In this document: positions 50,109 to 62,324 of the stretch, one piece after another
Layout of the letters: each line of letters begins with the position of its first letter
How positions within the stretch are numbered: position 1 is the first letter of the stretch
Source: Massalongia carnosa
Taxonomy: Eukaryota
Assembly: GCA_965645245.1 (NCBI GenBank)
Contig: OZ287087.1
Span: 372,001 to 436,000, forward strand
Length of the DNA: 64,000 nt
Direction: 5' to 3'
The notes under the pieces: generated by a model
Database searches by the model: none
Seen by the model: the letters and a program-made list of their open reading frames with translations, nothing else
Told to the model about the DNA's origin: nothing
Made by a program: the position numbers and the translations under genes

Positions 50109-53100
50109 TGTCGGACCGTTCTTATTGATCTGGAAAATGATGTTCTCCTTGTCTATCTAAACTGGAAATTCTAGCTAGCTATATAGACCATTTCGCCACA
50201 TTCTTTCATAATCTAGATATCTTCCAGCCACTTCTATTTACTAATAGATCATTAGTGATCCGGAACCTATGCGAGGTACAATGCTTTGAAATCATTGAGT
50301 ATTAGAAATCAGATATATGGCATAGAAAGAAATAGCATCTGAAAGATCGAGGCCTCGGTTATTAGTCCGAAATCACGTGCTTTTCCTTCAACAGGATCTT
50401 ACTTCGGGAATTGGCTTGAACAACGGTCTATTAATATCGACATACCCCCCCAGATTTAGCATACTAAGCTGAAGCTGCTTCCTGACCTTGATTAGCCAGT
50501 ATGACTGATATGTCAGTCAAATGCAGCTGTTTGATGAAATCGTCAAGTTTCTGACGAGGTAAGACCTTGGTAAATCCGTCGGCAGGCATTTCCGCTGTGG
50601 GCATCCAACTGACGTTTATACGACCAGCTTGAACTTCTTGCCTTAGCCAGTGACGATGTATATCCACATGCCGAAGCTTAGTATCTAGCTTCAACATCTC
50701 TTTATCTAGGATCCTGAGGGTCTGGCGATTATCGCACCGAATGTGCAACTTTTCCATGGGATTGAACCGAATGGCTTGAAAAAACCGTTTCCACCACATA
50801 GCTTCCTTGGCGGTCCGAGACAGGGCTAGCAACTCGGCTTCAGTGCTCGATGTGGTGACCGTGGCTTGTTTAGCTGCTCGCCAGTCTATTGGTCCACCAT
50901 ACAGCTGAAAAAGGTAACCATCGGAGCTTCTTCGAGTCAACTCATCATCAGCAAACGCTGCATCGCTAGCACACATCAGAATGTCAGTTTTCTGATGACC
51001 GTTATATTCTATAGCCAGGTTTTTAGTCCCATTTAGATAAGCAATAACCCGATCGGCCGCAGACAGATGATCCGGGCACGGGTTTTGTAAGAATTGAGCT
51101 AATTTTGCAGTTGCAAATGCTATATCGGGCCGGGATATTACCGCTGCGAAGTTCAATGAACCTACCCGTTGCTGGTACGCATATATACGTTGACTGTCTG
51201 CTTTTTGCTCGTTTTCATTGGCTGGAGGCACCACTGTCAGTGGTGTTTTCGCGGTTTCCCCGTGCTGATTAAATTTCGCAGCCATTTTGGTAATGTATGA
51301 GTCCTGACATAACCATATCTTCTTATTTTCTCGGTCTCGGGTAATCCTTATACCGAGAAACCATTTCAATTCCCCTAGAGCATGCATTTCGAATCGTTTC
51401 AGGAGAGCTTTCTCAAATTCTTGTAATTTGTCCGAATTATGCTTCCTGCATATGACCACAATGTCATCGACATAGAAGAATAGGATAATCCACTCATTGG
51501 CAAATAGACAGTTGACCCCTGGGACTGGCGCTAGTCCGAGTTCCTCTAGGGCCATGGTTAGGAGCTTATACCATAGAATCGGTGCTTGTTTTAATCCGTA
51601 CAGAGCTTTTCTAAGCTTCCAACAGTATCCGGGCTTGTCAAAACCTTCTGGACACTCACAAAAGATTTCCTCATCAATCGGGCTATTTATGAAAGCACTG
51701 ACCGCATCATACTGATATCAAGGTCAAATGCAGCTGAAATAGCCATTAGAGCTCGAAACGTTCTCGCTGCCAATGTTGCAGCATACGTATCTTGCTGAGT
51801 CATCTGAAGATCTCCTCGTACACATAGACGGGCCTTGAATTTCTCAACATAGCCGTCGGTGTCATGCTTATACTTAAATACCCAGGTGAGTGGTATCCGG
51901 TCCTGTCCCTGAACTTTTTCCACTAGCTCTTACGTACCACGCTTTTCAAGCTCGGTGAGCTCTTTGATGGCCGCTAGCTGGAATTCCTGCGAAAAACGGT
52001 GATGGAGCATCTGCCTCCAATATCGGGGCTCCACCGGGATCTCATCCCGATGGAATTTCTTCAAGGTTTCGACCTGTGGCCGTTCTAGGCCGACCGAAAA
52101 CGCTGCATGGAACGGGGTTAACTTGCTGACTGATGCCAGCGCAATTGCATATGCCTGTTTCCTTGATCTAGTGTTCCTGGCAATTGATTCATCCGTTGTC
52201 TCTACCACCCGAGGCGTCCGTCTCGGCCTAGCCGACTGTCTCGGCTGGCTCGGTCCGTCCTCGGTTGATTGAACACCTGGCATTCCTTGAACGTCCGGCT
52301 CGGAGCTTATTTGAACGTCCGATTGCAGAGTCTTTTCCAAACCATCACGCTCCGATGTCTTTTCAGGGGTAGGTAAGTGAGGATTGTTTTCCATATCGGT
52401 ATGAGGAAACATCGTCTTTTCTGACGTTTCTGTTTCACTAGGTTGATTGGTTGTTTGGTCCAATCTCGGACCTACCTCCTCATCGTCTTGCTCAATCATC
52501 ACTCCTGCAAAGGATGTTTCGGGCACTTCCAACACCTGAATCACGTTTTCCACGGTTATGTTTAATAAATGTCCTATATCGAGCTCATTGGGCTCATAGA
52601 ATCTTGTCTTATCAAACATTACATCCCTGGTCCGGATGACTTTCATACGGCTGGGAATCCATATTCGAAAGATGTTAGTGGAGTCGTACCCCACCAGGTA
52701 TCCAATAAAAGCCCTTGGTTCGAGCTTCTCTTTCCTGGGAATCACCTGATTAAGCGGGAACGCTCGACAACCATACGGCTGCAGGTGAGATAGTTTCGGT
52801 TTTTCCCCGGTTAATTTATCTATTGGTGTTTTCCACCCTAGTATCTTCTTCGGGGTCCGGTTATTTAGATAAGCAACCGTTTTGAATATTTCTGGCCACA
52901 TACTAGCTGGCAAATTTGCTGCTATGCGCAGGGCCCGCGCTCGGATCACCAGTACCCCCCCAGATCGCTCGGTTTGACCGTTTTGTGCTGGAGTATATGG
53001 GGCCGATCTTTTGGTGGTGATACCTCTCATTTTCATGAACTCGGCGAATTCTAAGCCGAGGGTTCGCTCGTCGTCTGTTCGAAAAAACCGAACGGTCTGA

Positions 53101-55551
53101 TCGTATCTAGTCTTGGTCATTTTCAGGAATTCCTTGATCACCCCTAGAGCATCATTTTTTCGAGTATGGGTGTAGACGAAGTCCATACTGGTATAAAAAC
53201 ACCTGAAGTGGCTCACCCAGTTGTCCCCGTTGTATGCTTCAGTCAGCTGAATAAGGTCATACCCTACTCGACCGAGCGGAAAGTTCGCTGGCTCTTCCTG
53301 TCCCGAACGTCTCGAGATCAGGTGATGGGCTTTGGTCAGCGAGCATGTCTTGCATTGCATCGTATTCGGTGCTGTCTCGAGTACTGTTACCTTAACTCCA
53401 TCTACCCCCTTTTCGAGGTGAGAAATTTTTTCCGGTCCAGGATGACCGAGCATCTCGTGCCACTCTTTTCCCGTCGCTATCAATTCCGGTTTCGGACTGG
53501 TACTGGCCGCAAATGCTCTATGCGACCTTACCGTTGGTGGGTTGTCTTCTATCACCCAATGGCCCCCTATTTGCTTGGTGCGGCAGAACGTCTTTCCCTT
53601 CTGATGCAGATGAGAATGTTCGGTGTCCCAGTGAACCCCCTTCTTTGTTAGCTTGCTTAGGCATACTAAATTGGTGAAAAATCCTGAGGATAGCGCCACA
53701 TCTAGAAGCCTGATTGGCACCGGCCCATGAGGTCCTTGTGCCGTGATATCTACCGTTCCATATCCATCTATGCTATAAACGGTTTTTCCGGCCATGAGCT
53801 TGTCATCAGTGTTTGCTATACGCGTCAACTGAAACCGCTCCGGATCATTGCATACATGAATGTCTGTTCCGCAATCCAGGGTCCAACAGTTGACCAACCT
53901 ATGTGGCTCCGGTTCGGAAGCAACTGCAAACGTTGAAAACGATCTAGGTGGTGCGGCAGGCAAGATCGAGACTGATGATCCGGCAGGCACTATCGAAACT
54001 GCAAATGCTGCAGTATCGGATTTTTCTGAAGACGATTTCTCTTCCTTTCCGACTTTTTCGACTTGTTTTGCGTGCTTATCTCGGACCGACTTGATGATCT
54101 TATCTAGCCGATGATTCTTAGCTAGCTTTTCTTCTATTATTTTCTCAATGCTCTTGTCCGGGGTCCACCCCTCTGGCCTCAGGTCCTTGAGCAAATAGTA
54201 GCAATCCTTGAAGCGGTGCTTCTTGCCACATATGCACTTCTTCTCGGAATTTCCTTGGTCCGAGTTAGATCCCTGAGCTGATTTTTGACTCATTGTCGAG
54301 TTCGATTTTTCTTGATCTGATTGGTCAGATCCTTGAAATGTTGTAAATGCCGAATGGGTAGCCCCCTTGCTATCTAGGGCCCTGGCGGTTCGCAAATGAT
54401 TCCGGAATTCTTCCAGAAGATCCCTTATCGAGAAATCTTCCTCATTCCGATGAATTTTATACTGTAATATGGCCTCTCTACCGGCCACAAACGAACCGTC
54501 CACTGTCCTTAGCGCATTCAAGAAATCATAAATGCATCTATGTCCCTGAACGTCCGGAATTTTCAGTCTATCCGCTTCTGCATAGACTTTCTCCCATTCC
54601 AACAACCAGTGATCCAGTTGCTGACTCTTGGGGGCACGTTGTAGGTCCTTATATTTCCGAATAACTTCGAGTTCTCGGATCCGGTCCGTCGGTGCAAGCC
54701 TCTTCTTTAGAGCTGATAACTTCTTATATCGAGTCCTGTCCCCTGAGATATAAAAAATTGGTCCGATCCACGGTGGTCAATATATATGCTTCCAGGTTTT
54801 TTAGGGCTTCGGTCTTCTCCCGATACGTACGCAAGTCTTCTCTATGATCCTCTCTTCGCAATATCAGATCCCGTCGCTGTCCCTCGGTTAAGTCCTCGGA
54901 TGACACGGCACCTGCTTTCATGGAAGAGAAGGTAGGGGTAATGGGTCTGATTGGCTCGTCTGGCTCAGGTTTCGCCAGGTCCACATACTGCTCGATTCCA
55001 CCTCGCTTGGCCATGGACTCCACGATAAGGATCCATTCATCCCAGTCACCGGGCTCCTTGAGGACTACCACGGTTTTCTGACTAGAAGCGGGCAAGGTAG
55101 AGAAAGACATCTTCTGTTCGATTGTCCAAAGAAGATGGAAGAAGTAACAATAAAGGTCAATAAGAACTTGGGGATACTGATCGATGAATGCAGCGATTAG
55201 GAAGCCGGGCTCATAACTGTCGGACCGTTCTTATTGATCTGGAAAATGATGTTCTCCTTGTCTATCTAAACTGGAAATTCTAGCTAGCTATATAGACCAT
55301 TTCGCCACATTCTTTCATAATCTAGATATCTTCCAGCCACTTCTATTTACTAATAGATCATTAGTGATCCGGAACCCATGCGAGGTACAATGCTTTGAAA
55401 TCATTGAGTATTAGAAATCAGATATATGGCATAGAAAGAAATAGCATCTGAAAGATCGAGGCCTCGGTTATTAATCCGAAATCACGTGCTTTTCCTTCAA
55501 CAGGATCTTACTTCGGGAATTGGCTTGAACCACGGTCTATTAATATCGACA
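50109..55551 (-). mobile_element. Full-length Ty1/copia retrotransposon (copia-C), recently inactivated
   Basis: 334-bp LTRs 50109-50442 and 55218-55551 (3 differences), TSD GGAGG, PBS GTTATGAGCCCGG, PPT GGGGGGG; gag zinc knuckle CICGKKHRFKDC, protease LDCGT, integrase WHEMLGH..CKTC..QNGQTER, RT YVDD, RNase H; lesions: frameshift about 54727, stop 51930, frameshift about 51715. Confidence 0.97.
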
Positions 55552-55600
55552 GGAGGCTATTTAGGAGATATTTGAGAGATACTGGGGAGATAATTGAAAG

Positions 55601-57248
55601 TGTTAAATTATCCTCCAACCCCTTTGCGGGTGTAGCGTAGCCCTGCGAGCCTTGGCGCGCTAGGCAGTATATAATAGCCATGTAGACAGATCTCAATAGA
55701 ACACACCTTCATGCAGTCTTCTCTCCTCCCTACCTGATATACCATTTAACTGGTTATGAGCCCGGGTTAGCATGAGGCTTCCCCTTGTGGGCATGGATAA
55801 AGGGAGATGTGTGCGTGTCCGCAGTCAGAGCGCGTGATTACTCTGAATTCCGGCAGCTTTTTACGGTCCCTTTAGGTAAGGGAGAATTGGCACTTCGGCA
55901 ACTGATTACGAGTCTCTTGAGGGTCAGGAGACAAATCAGGTGAAAACGGCAGCTCGATACGTGTCTTTAGCGGAAGACAAACAAGCCAAATCGGCGACGA
56001 TGAGAGGTCGCCAATCCAAATCTCCACTCGACAATCCAGCGACACAGTTGAACCTAACAACCGCCTTGTCGCTATTCAAACTCGATACAGTCCTCAAAAG
56101 GCTGCCTTTTCGAATTCAATTATCGATTGGTCTTTATGAAGGCCTCCGGATCGATTTCTTTTCTAAACGCCGGCTACTGGCTTCTTAGTCACTACTACCG
56201 ACGTCCCTTCATCAAACAGTCATAACCTCGTGGTTCACTCGTTTATTAACCCACCCACCACCCAATTGATCTCCATTCCTGACTTCTTTCCTTTTAAATA
56301 CGACCTTTGCCTACACATTACCTCGATGTTCTTATTCCTCTCGGTTGCCGTTTCGCCGAATGCCGTGGGGGAGATAGGGGAATGGAAGAAGGTATCCGCA
56401 GGGTACCGAGGACAACCGACATGAGGGAGCATGTATACTGCCATCATGGAGGAAGGACACCATAAAGGAGATAGGAGAAGGCATCCGCAGGATGCCGAGG
56501 ATACAACTCGAATGGGGGAGCAGATGCCCTGCCACCATGAAGGGAATACAACCCGAATGGGGGAGCAGATGCCCTGCCACCATAAAGGGAGTACAACCCG
56601 AATGGGGGAGCAGATGTCCTGCCACCATGAGGGGAGTATAACCCGAATGGGGGAGCAGATGCCCTGCCACCATGAAGGGAGTACAACCCGAATGGGGGAG
56701 CAGATGCCCTGCCACCATGAAGGGAGTACAACCCGAATGGGGGAGCAGATGCCCTGCCACCATGAAGGAAGTACAACCCGAATGGGGGAGCAGATGCCCT
56801 GCCACCATGAAGGAATTACAACCCGAATGGAGGAGCAGTTGTTCTGCCGCCATAAGGGATGGGATGAAAGGTGCAAAGAGAGGACAACTCGCATGAGGGA
56901 GCACATCGCTTGCGATTGCCATCATGGAGGGAAGTGCAGGAAGAAACAACCGACTTCGCTAGTACTTGTTCTGTTGGCACGAGGGGATTTATCCTTTTTT
57001 TTTCACATGAGAGAGTTATATTATCTTTGATCTGTTGCTGTATTTTCATACTGCCTCCACCACGGCTACACCGATAAGGGAGTTGATCGGTAAGGAGTGT
57101 TAAATTATCCTCCAACCCCTTTGCGGGTGTAGCGTAGCCCTGCGAACCTTGGCACGCTAGGCAGTATATAATAGCCATGTAGACAGATCTCAATAGAACA
57201 CACCTTCATGCAGTCTTCTCTCCACCCTACCTGATATACCATTTAACT
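55601..57248 (+). mobile_element. Non-autonomous LTR element (TRIM/LARD-like) with internal 45-bp array
   Basis: 151-bp direct repeats 55601-55751 and 57098-57248 (3 differences), PBS GGTTATGAGCCCGGG at 55752, purine-rich tract before 3' repeat; no pol motifs; no TSD seen. Confidence 0.85.
56503..56860. repeat. 45-bp tandem repeat, 7 well-conserved copies plus degenerate flanking copies
   Basis: ACAACCCGAATGGGGGAGCAGATGCCCTGCCACCATGAAGGGAGT. Confidence 0.95.
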
Positions 57249-57270
57249 CTTTTATTCGAAAAGAAATGCA

Positions 57271-57534
57271 TGTCATGGAGTGACTAGGCACCTGGACTAA
57301 GCCTAATCCGATTCAGTTAGGGCAATCGTAAGTGCCAATAGTGTCATGATAAGGACTCGGGTGGAAGTTGGATCAACATCCGGATTGGGACTAGTTCCAC
57401 TCGTCAGACTTATACTCGCCCACGTTTGATTTTCTGTTTCTTTTCTCCTTGTCGAACGTCTTGTCCATTTAGCTAGACAATCAAGTAATACGTTTGCACC
57501 ACCTGAATTACGAACTTGACCTCGCACCGTGACA
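57271..57534. mobile_element. Solo LTR (264 bp)
   Basis: TGTCATGG...CCGTGACA; TSD ATGCA. Confidence 0.88.
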
Positions 57535-57699
57535 ATGCATGATTCCCGGGAAAAATCTTCTCCGCTTCGCGTCTTAACTCTTATCTTTCTTATCTCGTTT
57601 ATCTCGTTTATCTTATTATAATATATTCTCGTAAAAAATTATATCAATTTGTTTAACTACATCGCATAATTCTATCGATGTCGAATTCTTTTTTTAAAT

Positions 57700-58793
57700 T
57701 CATGTAATCTTGTATGCAATAACGTCATCAATGAACTCAAAGTCGGATGTCTCGAACTCCACTGGCTCACTGCTTCTAACCCGTACGACGCGATTATCAT
57801 TGTCCCACTCGTCCCCATCGCCGGTGTCGCAACTGACCCGCTTCTCGATAACTGGGCCCATCTTTCGGGCACGAGCATGCTTGATGACCGTTCCAGGGGT
57901 CAGGTCTTCTTCGAACGAGACGTCCATGCCACGCTCGGTCTTGTACAGTCCGCCGCGAGTCTCGACGGCGAGGTCACGCTTCGTCCCCTTGGCAGGGGGC
58001 CGGACGTCATGATGCTGACCCTTGAAGATATTGTCGTCAGGAATGCAGATCTTGTGACGATCGGTGAATGCCTCGCAGTATTTGACGCCACTGGCGGCGG
58101 GATTGCCGAAGCCTACTATGAACGAGCATGGTTTGCAGCCGCAGTTGGCGGAAACATAGTTCCTTATAATGGCCCCTTGAGCTGAATGCGAAAACGAGGT
58201 TTTAGTAAATACGGCAAATCATGAAGAAGAGGTCGAGATATACCGCTATTTTGGGTTTTCGGGACGCAGCGATTGGTTTGGCCACCCTTGTCGGCGTCAC
58301 GGGTGCTGGCGAATGGATACTCTAGCCCAGCATCAGTAATTGTGCACGGTCTTCCTGCAGGAGTGCTAAGTCACCGTCGCAATTGAACTTGCTGACCGGA
58401 AAGGGTGGCTTGTGATTCACAGAGCAGCGATTGGGTCTCGGCTGGCAACCGGCACTCCTTCGTCGATCCGATTTCTTTGATTCAGTAGGGTTATCGAAGA
58501 ACAATGTCGCACCAAAGGCAGGCTCGGTACAGTATGCACCTATTTTCCCATTAGAATCAAAAAATCATTAGATTATTTCAACATACCCCAACACATGCTA
58601 GTACAAATGTCTACATTCTATTATTAACATCGTCATATCACAAGTTTCGAGAGTAAAACATACCCGGAAGATCATTGCACGCAAACGACATCGGAGGTGC
58701 CCTTTTATAAAATGTTTCGTTCATACTGGGTTCTGTTGTCGGAAAAGAAGTGGCAAGCTTCGCCAAAACGATGGCAACGAGAAAGGCACGCAT
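57700..58793 (-). CDS. Secreted NucA/NucB-type deoxyribonuclease, 5 exons
   Basis: Signal peptide MRAFLVAIVLAKLATS; splicing four short GT-AG introns gives CNDLPDICTSMCWGAYC...RRRSAGC..NRC...NCDEYPFAST..DKGG..NRCVPKTQNSAQG...VKYC; not visible as one ORF in the track. Confidence 0.85.
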
Positions 58794-60173
58794 TTTAGCG
58801 GAAACCAGGTGAGCAATAGAAACTCTACCGACTCTGATGGTCGTCGATATGACAAAGAGGCTAGGAACAAGCTTTATGTGATCACTTTTCAAGCATGAAG
58901 GCCGACTTATCTAGATCAAGTCTGGCCCTTCGAGGCATGCTCGGGGCTATTTGTACTGAGCGCCAACACGGTGAGTTTGATTATTGGAAATCCCGGAACA
59001 AGGATCTATTTTCGTCGCATTTACGAGATTTGCGAGGCTATGCATTATCGCTGGAGTAGGGATGGTATGGTTCCGTAAGATCTTGAACGCCGATGTATTT
59101 GTCAATAGGAGCCTAATCTTGATAGTGCCCCTCCGTCGTGAAAGGGGGAAACCCCCGAAAATGAAACGCTGCAGCGTTTGATCGACGATAAAGTTGCTAT
59201 AATTTGCAAGAACGGAATTATGAAGCGATAAACACAACGAAACAATCAACGATGAAGCGGTACTTTCAGCTTTCAGGCAACTGGGCGGAATCATCATGAA
59301 GCTGAGAATCAGATATCACAGCCTAGTTACCACGAGTATGGGTGCCGACAGCTACATATGAGAGAAGAGATTCAGCGAATGAGCTATCTTAGCTGCTGGG
59401 AACCCAATTAAATAATTGGGTAATATTCAAACCATAAGCGTGTCGGTTATTGGTCACGGCCACAAATGAAAGCGTCCGCGCAGGCATCAGGTGGGTTGTT
59501 GTAGACAGTCATCGAAATTAATCTGCAGCAACTTTTGTCGAATAGCAGCGGCGAAGTACTCTGTAGACGTAATCTAGCCACTATTATTAGCCTTGAGCTG
59601 ATCACATATTGTTTCATAGTTTTGATTCTTCCAGGACAATAAACGTTTAAGGGTATGCCAGCTAGGCTTAAGCATCAGGCTCGATTGATCTCGAACTCAG
59701 CTGGAGCCACACACAATCCCCACCAACAGAGAGATCGGCAAACGAGTGGATGGTTAGGGCAGAGGATGCGAGATGTGATGATGGTTCATGAACACCATTG
59801 GCCGCAGTTGTTACAAAACGTTCAGCTCCGCCACGTCGAGGCCTGAAGGGTTGAACATGTGTTGGCATGCAGCATCGGTCGCTTGAATTGGGACTCCCGA
59901 GACGACACCGCTAGTTAGGTTAACTAGTACCATGTATATACATTCGGGCTTATCACTCGTTTCAGCCGCACGCCAATGTATGATGACGACGTCAGGTTAA
60001 GAAGGCTTCTAGCTAGACTTGATGTGGATCATCTCAAAACATCGTCTGTCTCCAGCTTTTCATTTTGAGTCAGCGTAACGCTCGAAGCTTGTATCATTCC
60101 TATCATCCCAATCATCGAACATCTCAAAGGACTTCTCACAAGCATCTTAGTCCATTGGTTCTGGGCTATCGCA

Positions 60174-61100
60174 ATGTTTCCGCCAGATCTAAACTTACCG
60201 CCTAAATCGCCGACCGAGTCGTATCATCACGAGAGTCACAACTGCGACAAACTCGCCGTCTACACGCTTGTGGACCTTGGCATCAACGGTATTCATGATC
60301 TATTGAAGAGTCTTGAAAACAACGACGAAAACCTTCGAGATACCTATCGTCTTCCATTGAAATACGACTTCGAAGGCGCGTCTCTCAAAGACGTGTATGA
60401 TTATCATCTAAAGCTCGGTAGCGAGAAATCGCATCATCCGACGCTGTTCATTGTCGCTTACAGTCCGGACTACGAGCAGAACGGCGTGCTGCTGGTGAAC
60501 CTCGATACAGATCTAGAATGCAGCGTCGATACGTGCCGTATGAACGTCTCCGAGGCGCTACTGGCGGCGGTAAACCTCATGATAGCCAACATGGACTGGG
60601 AAGACTTTAAGGAGGACGAGCTAACCTTGCCGCCGACCAAAAGAGCCAGCGCCCCAGAAAAACCATCCGGTCCGGAGCGACCGAGCCAGTCTGTTAGTCC
60701 CCATCATGTCTTTGGCATGTACACTACCGCCGGTGCCGATATGACTGATATTCGCGCTCTTGTGGAGCCAGACTGGCGTGACAAGTCGCCCGGGACGCAT
60801 GTGTGCGAAAGTATTGGCAGTTACACCGACTATCCTGATCCGTGGAATCAGCTGATCAAGCATCATCCCTGGAACTGTCGTCGGAATCCACGTTTGCATC
60901 GACAGTGGTTCATTTGCGCTGATCGGCAGGATTACAGAGAGCACGGAGTGCTCCTGGTGCACATCGATTGGGACGGGAATATTGATATCGATCCGGATGA
61001 GTTGCTTAAAATAGGAGAAACGGCAGACGTGATGACAGAAAGGTCGACTGTGAAGAACACGATCGCGACGTTGAATATTCGTGTGGTCGAAAGAAAGTAA
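60174..61100 (+). CDS. Hypothetical protein (308 aa) with internally duplicated domain
   Basis: Uninterrupted ORF; two similar halves: HPTLFIVAYSPDYEQNGVLLVNLD / HRQWFICADRQDYREHGVLLVHID separated by Pro/Ser linker. Confidence 0.7.
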   Translation: MFPPDLNLPPKSPTESYHHESHNCDKLAVYTLVDLGINGIHDLLKSLENNDENLRDTYRLPLKYDFEGASLKDVYDYHLKLGSEKSHHPTLFIVAYSPDYEQNGVLLVNLDTDLECSVDTCRMNVSEALLAAVNLMIANMDWEDFKEDELTLPPTKRASAPEKPSGPERPSQSVSPHHVFGMYTTAGADMTDIRALVEPDWRDKSPGTHVCESIGSYTDYPDPWNQLIKHHPWNCRRNPRLHRQWFICADRQDYREHGVLLVHIDWDGNIDIDPDELLKIGETADVMTERSTVKNTIATLNIRVVERK

Positions 61101-61259
61101 GTATACTAGCGAGGACAGTGTGTTGGATAGAGTTTTAAATTGAACTCAAAACGCGACTCGGTAAATTGAGGAACCGGATTCAGGTTAACCCGTTGATATA
61201 ATCATCTAAAAATGTTGACTAGTCAGCAAACTATCAACTACTTTAAATATTACAAAACA

Positions 61260-61372
61260 ATCGATTTTTCATATTTAATCTGCAAAAATTAAACCGACCG
61301 CAGGTTGAACGGTTTAATCCAAAAGCCCGCATTAAAAACCCGAACCCGTCGGGTCGGGTTCGGGGCGGTCCA
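61260..61372 (-). mobile_element. Fragment of the TACG-TIR hAT MITE family
   Basis: Reverse-complement similarity to about 48990-49100. Confidence 0.65.
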
Positions 61373-61600
61373 ATCATACGCTAGCGGGATTGACTTTCGC
61401 GAAGAAAATCTTTAATTTTGCACCGCAGCTAAGAAATATAACACCGCACGGGCTACCGGGATAGGGAATAAGGTTAAGCAACGCTGAAACTATTTATTAT
61501 TAAATGCTCTAAAGCTGAAGCTTCGACTATCTACGAGAAATAGTTGATAAAAAGTGGCGAAATCACTAAATCGATCGTTTATTCCCATCTCTTCATCGTA

Positions 61601-62324
61601 CAGTATCTAGGCCAAAAGTCTGCGGCCCCGCACCCCACCAACATCTCAATTATTCTGTTCAATCAAGAATTAACCACGTCATGATTGCTAAAATGTCTTA
61701 AAATTTTATATAATGATTACATAAATACTAAATAAGAATTCCCCCAAAAATCGATTTTTAATATTTAGTATACCATCCTTCCGACGCTATACACGCTTTT
61801 ATCCTCCTATTCATGCTCTCTATTAACCTCCTCATCATTTTCACATCTATCAACGTCCAGGCTTCTTCTCACGCTTTCCAAAGTACCTCACGAACAGTTT
61901 CATTACTGCCGATCACCAAATCTATGTTCGAATTGACTAGATAGACGAGCTTTTTGAGCACATACCAAACGTGCTCGATGGGATTCAAATTAGGTGAATA
62001 GGGAGGCCAATCAATGACCTCTATGCCGTTCTCATTGAACCATTCCATCACCTTTTAGCCTTATATATATGTGCGTTATCCTGCATGAAAATGAGGCCCG
62101 GTTGCCAAATTCCAAGCAGATTATCGTTCAATAATTGCAGATATGAGTTCGCCGAGTACCTCATCTTCTTCGCAGCAAAATCACAAGCCAATTTGTAAAG
62201 ATCTGACCTGTCATCTCCCCAAAAAATTGCTCAAACCATGACACTGACTCCTTTGCCTTTGGGGACAGGCTGTATCATCTCTTTATTCTATTTTTCTTTC
62301 GACAATCTGAACACCCACTAATGC
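61601..62324 (-). mobile_element. Tc1/mariner 3' fragment truncated by second YR retroelement
   Basis: TA|CAGTATCTAGGCCAAAAGT terminus; FMQDNAH, WPPYSPNLNPIEHVW, GWYTKY. Confidence 0.8.

Noticed and set aside
56235..56949. Minus-strand repeat ORFs (IRVVLPSWWQG.., HLLPHSGC..)
   Set aside because: Most frames of a 45-bp repeat are open automatically; no independent coding evidence
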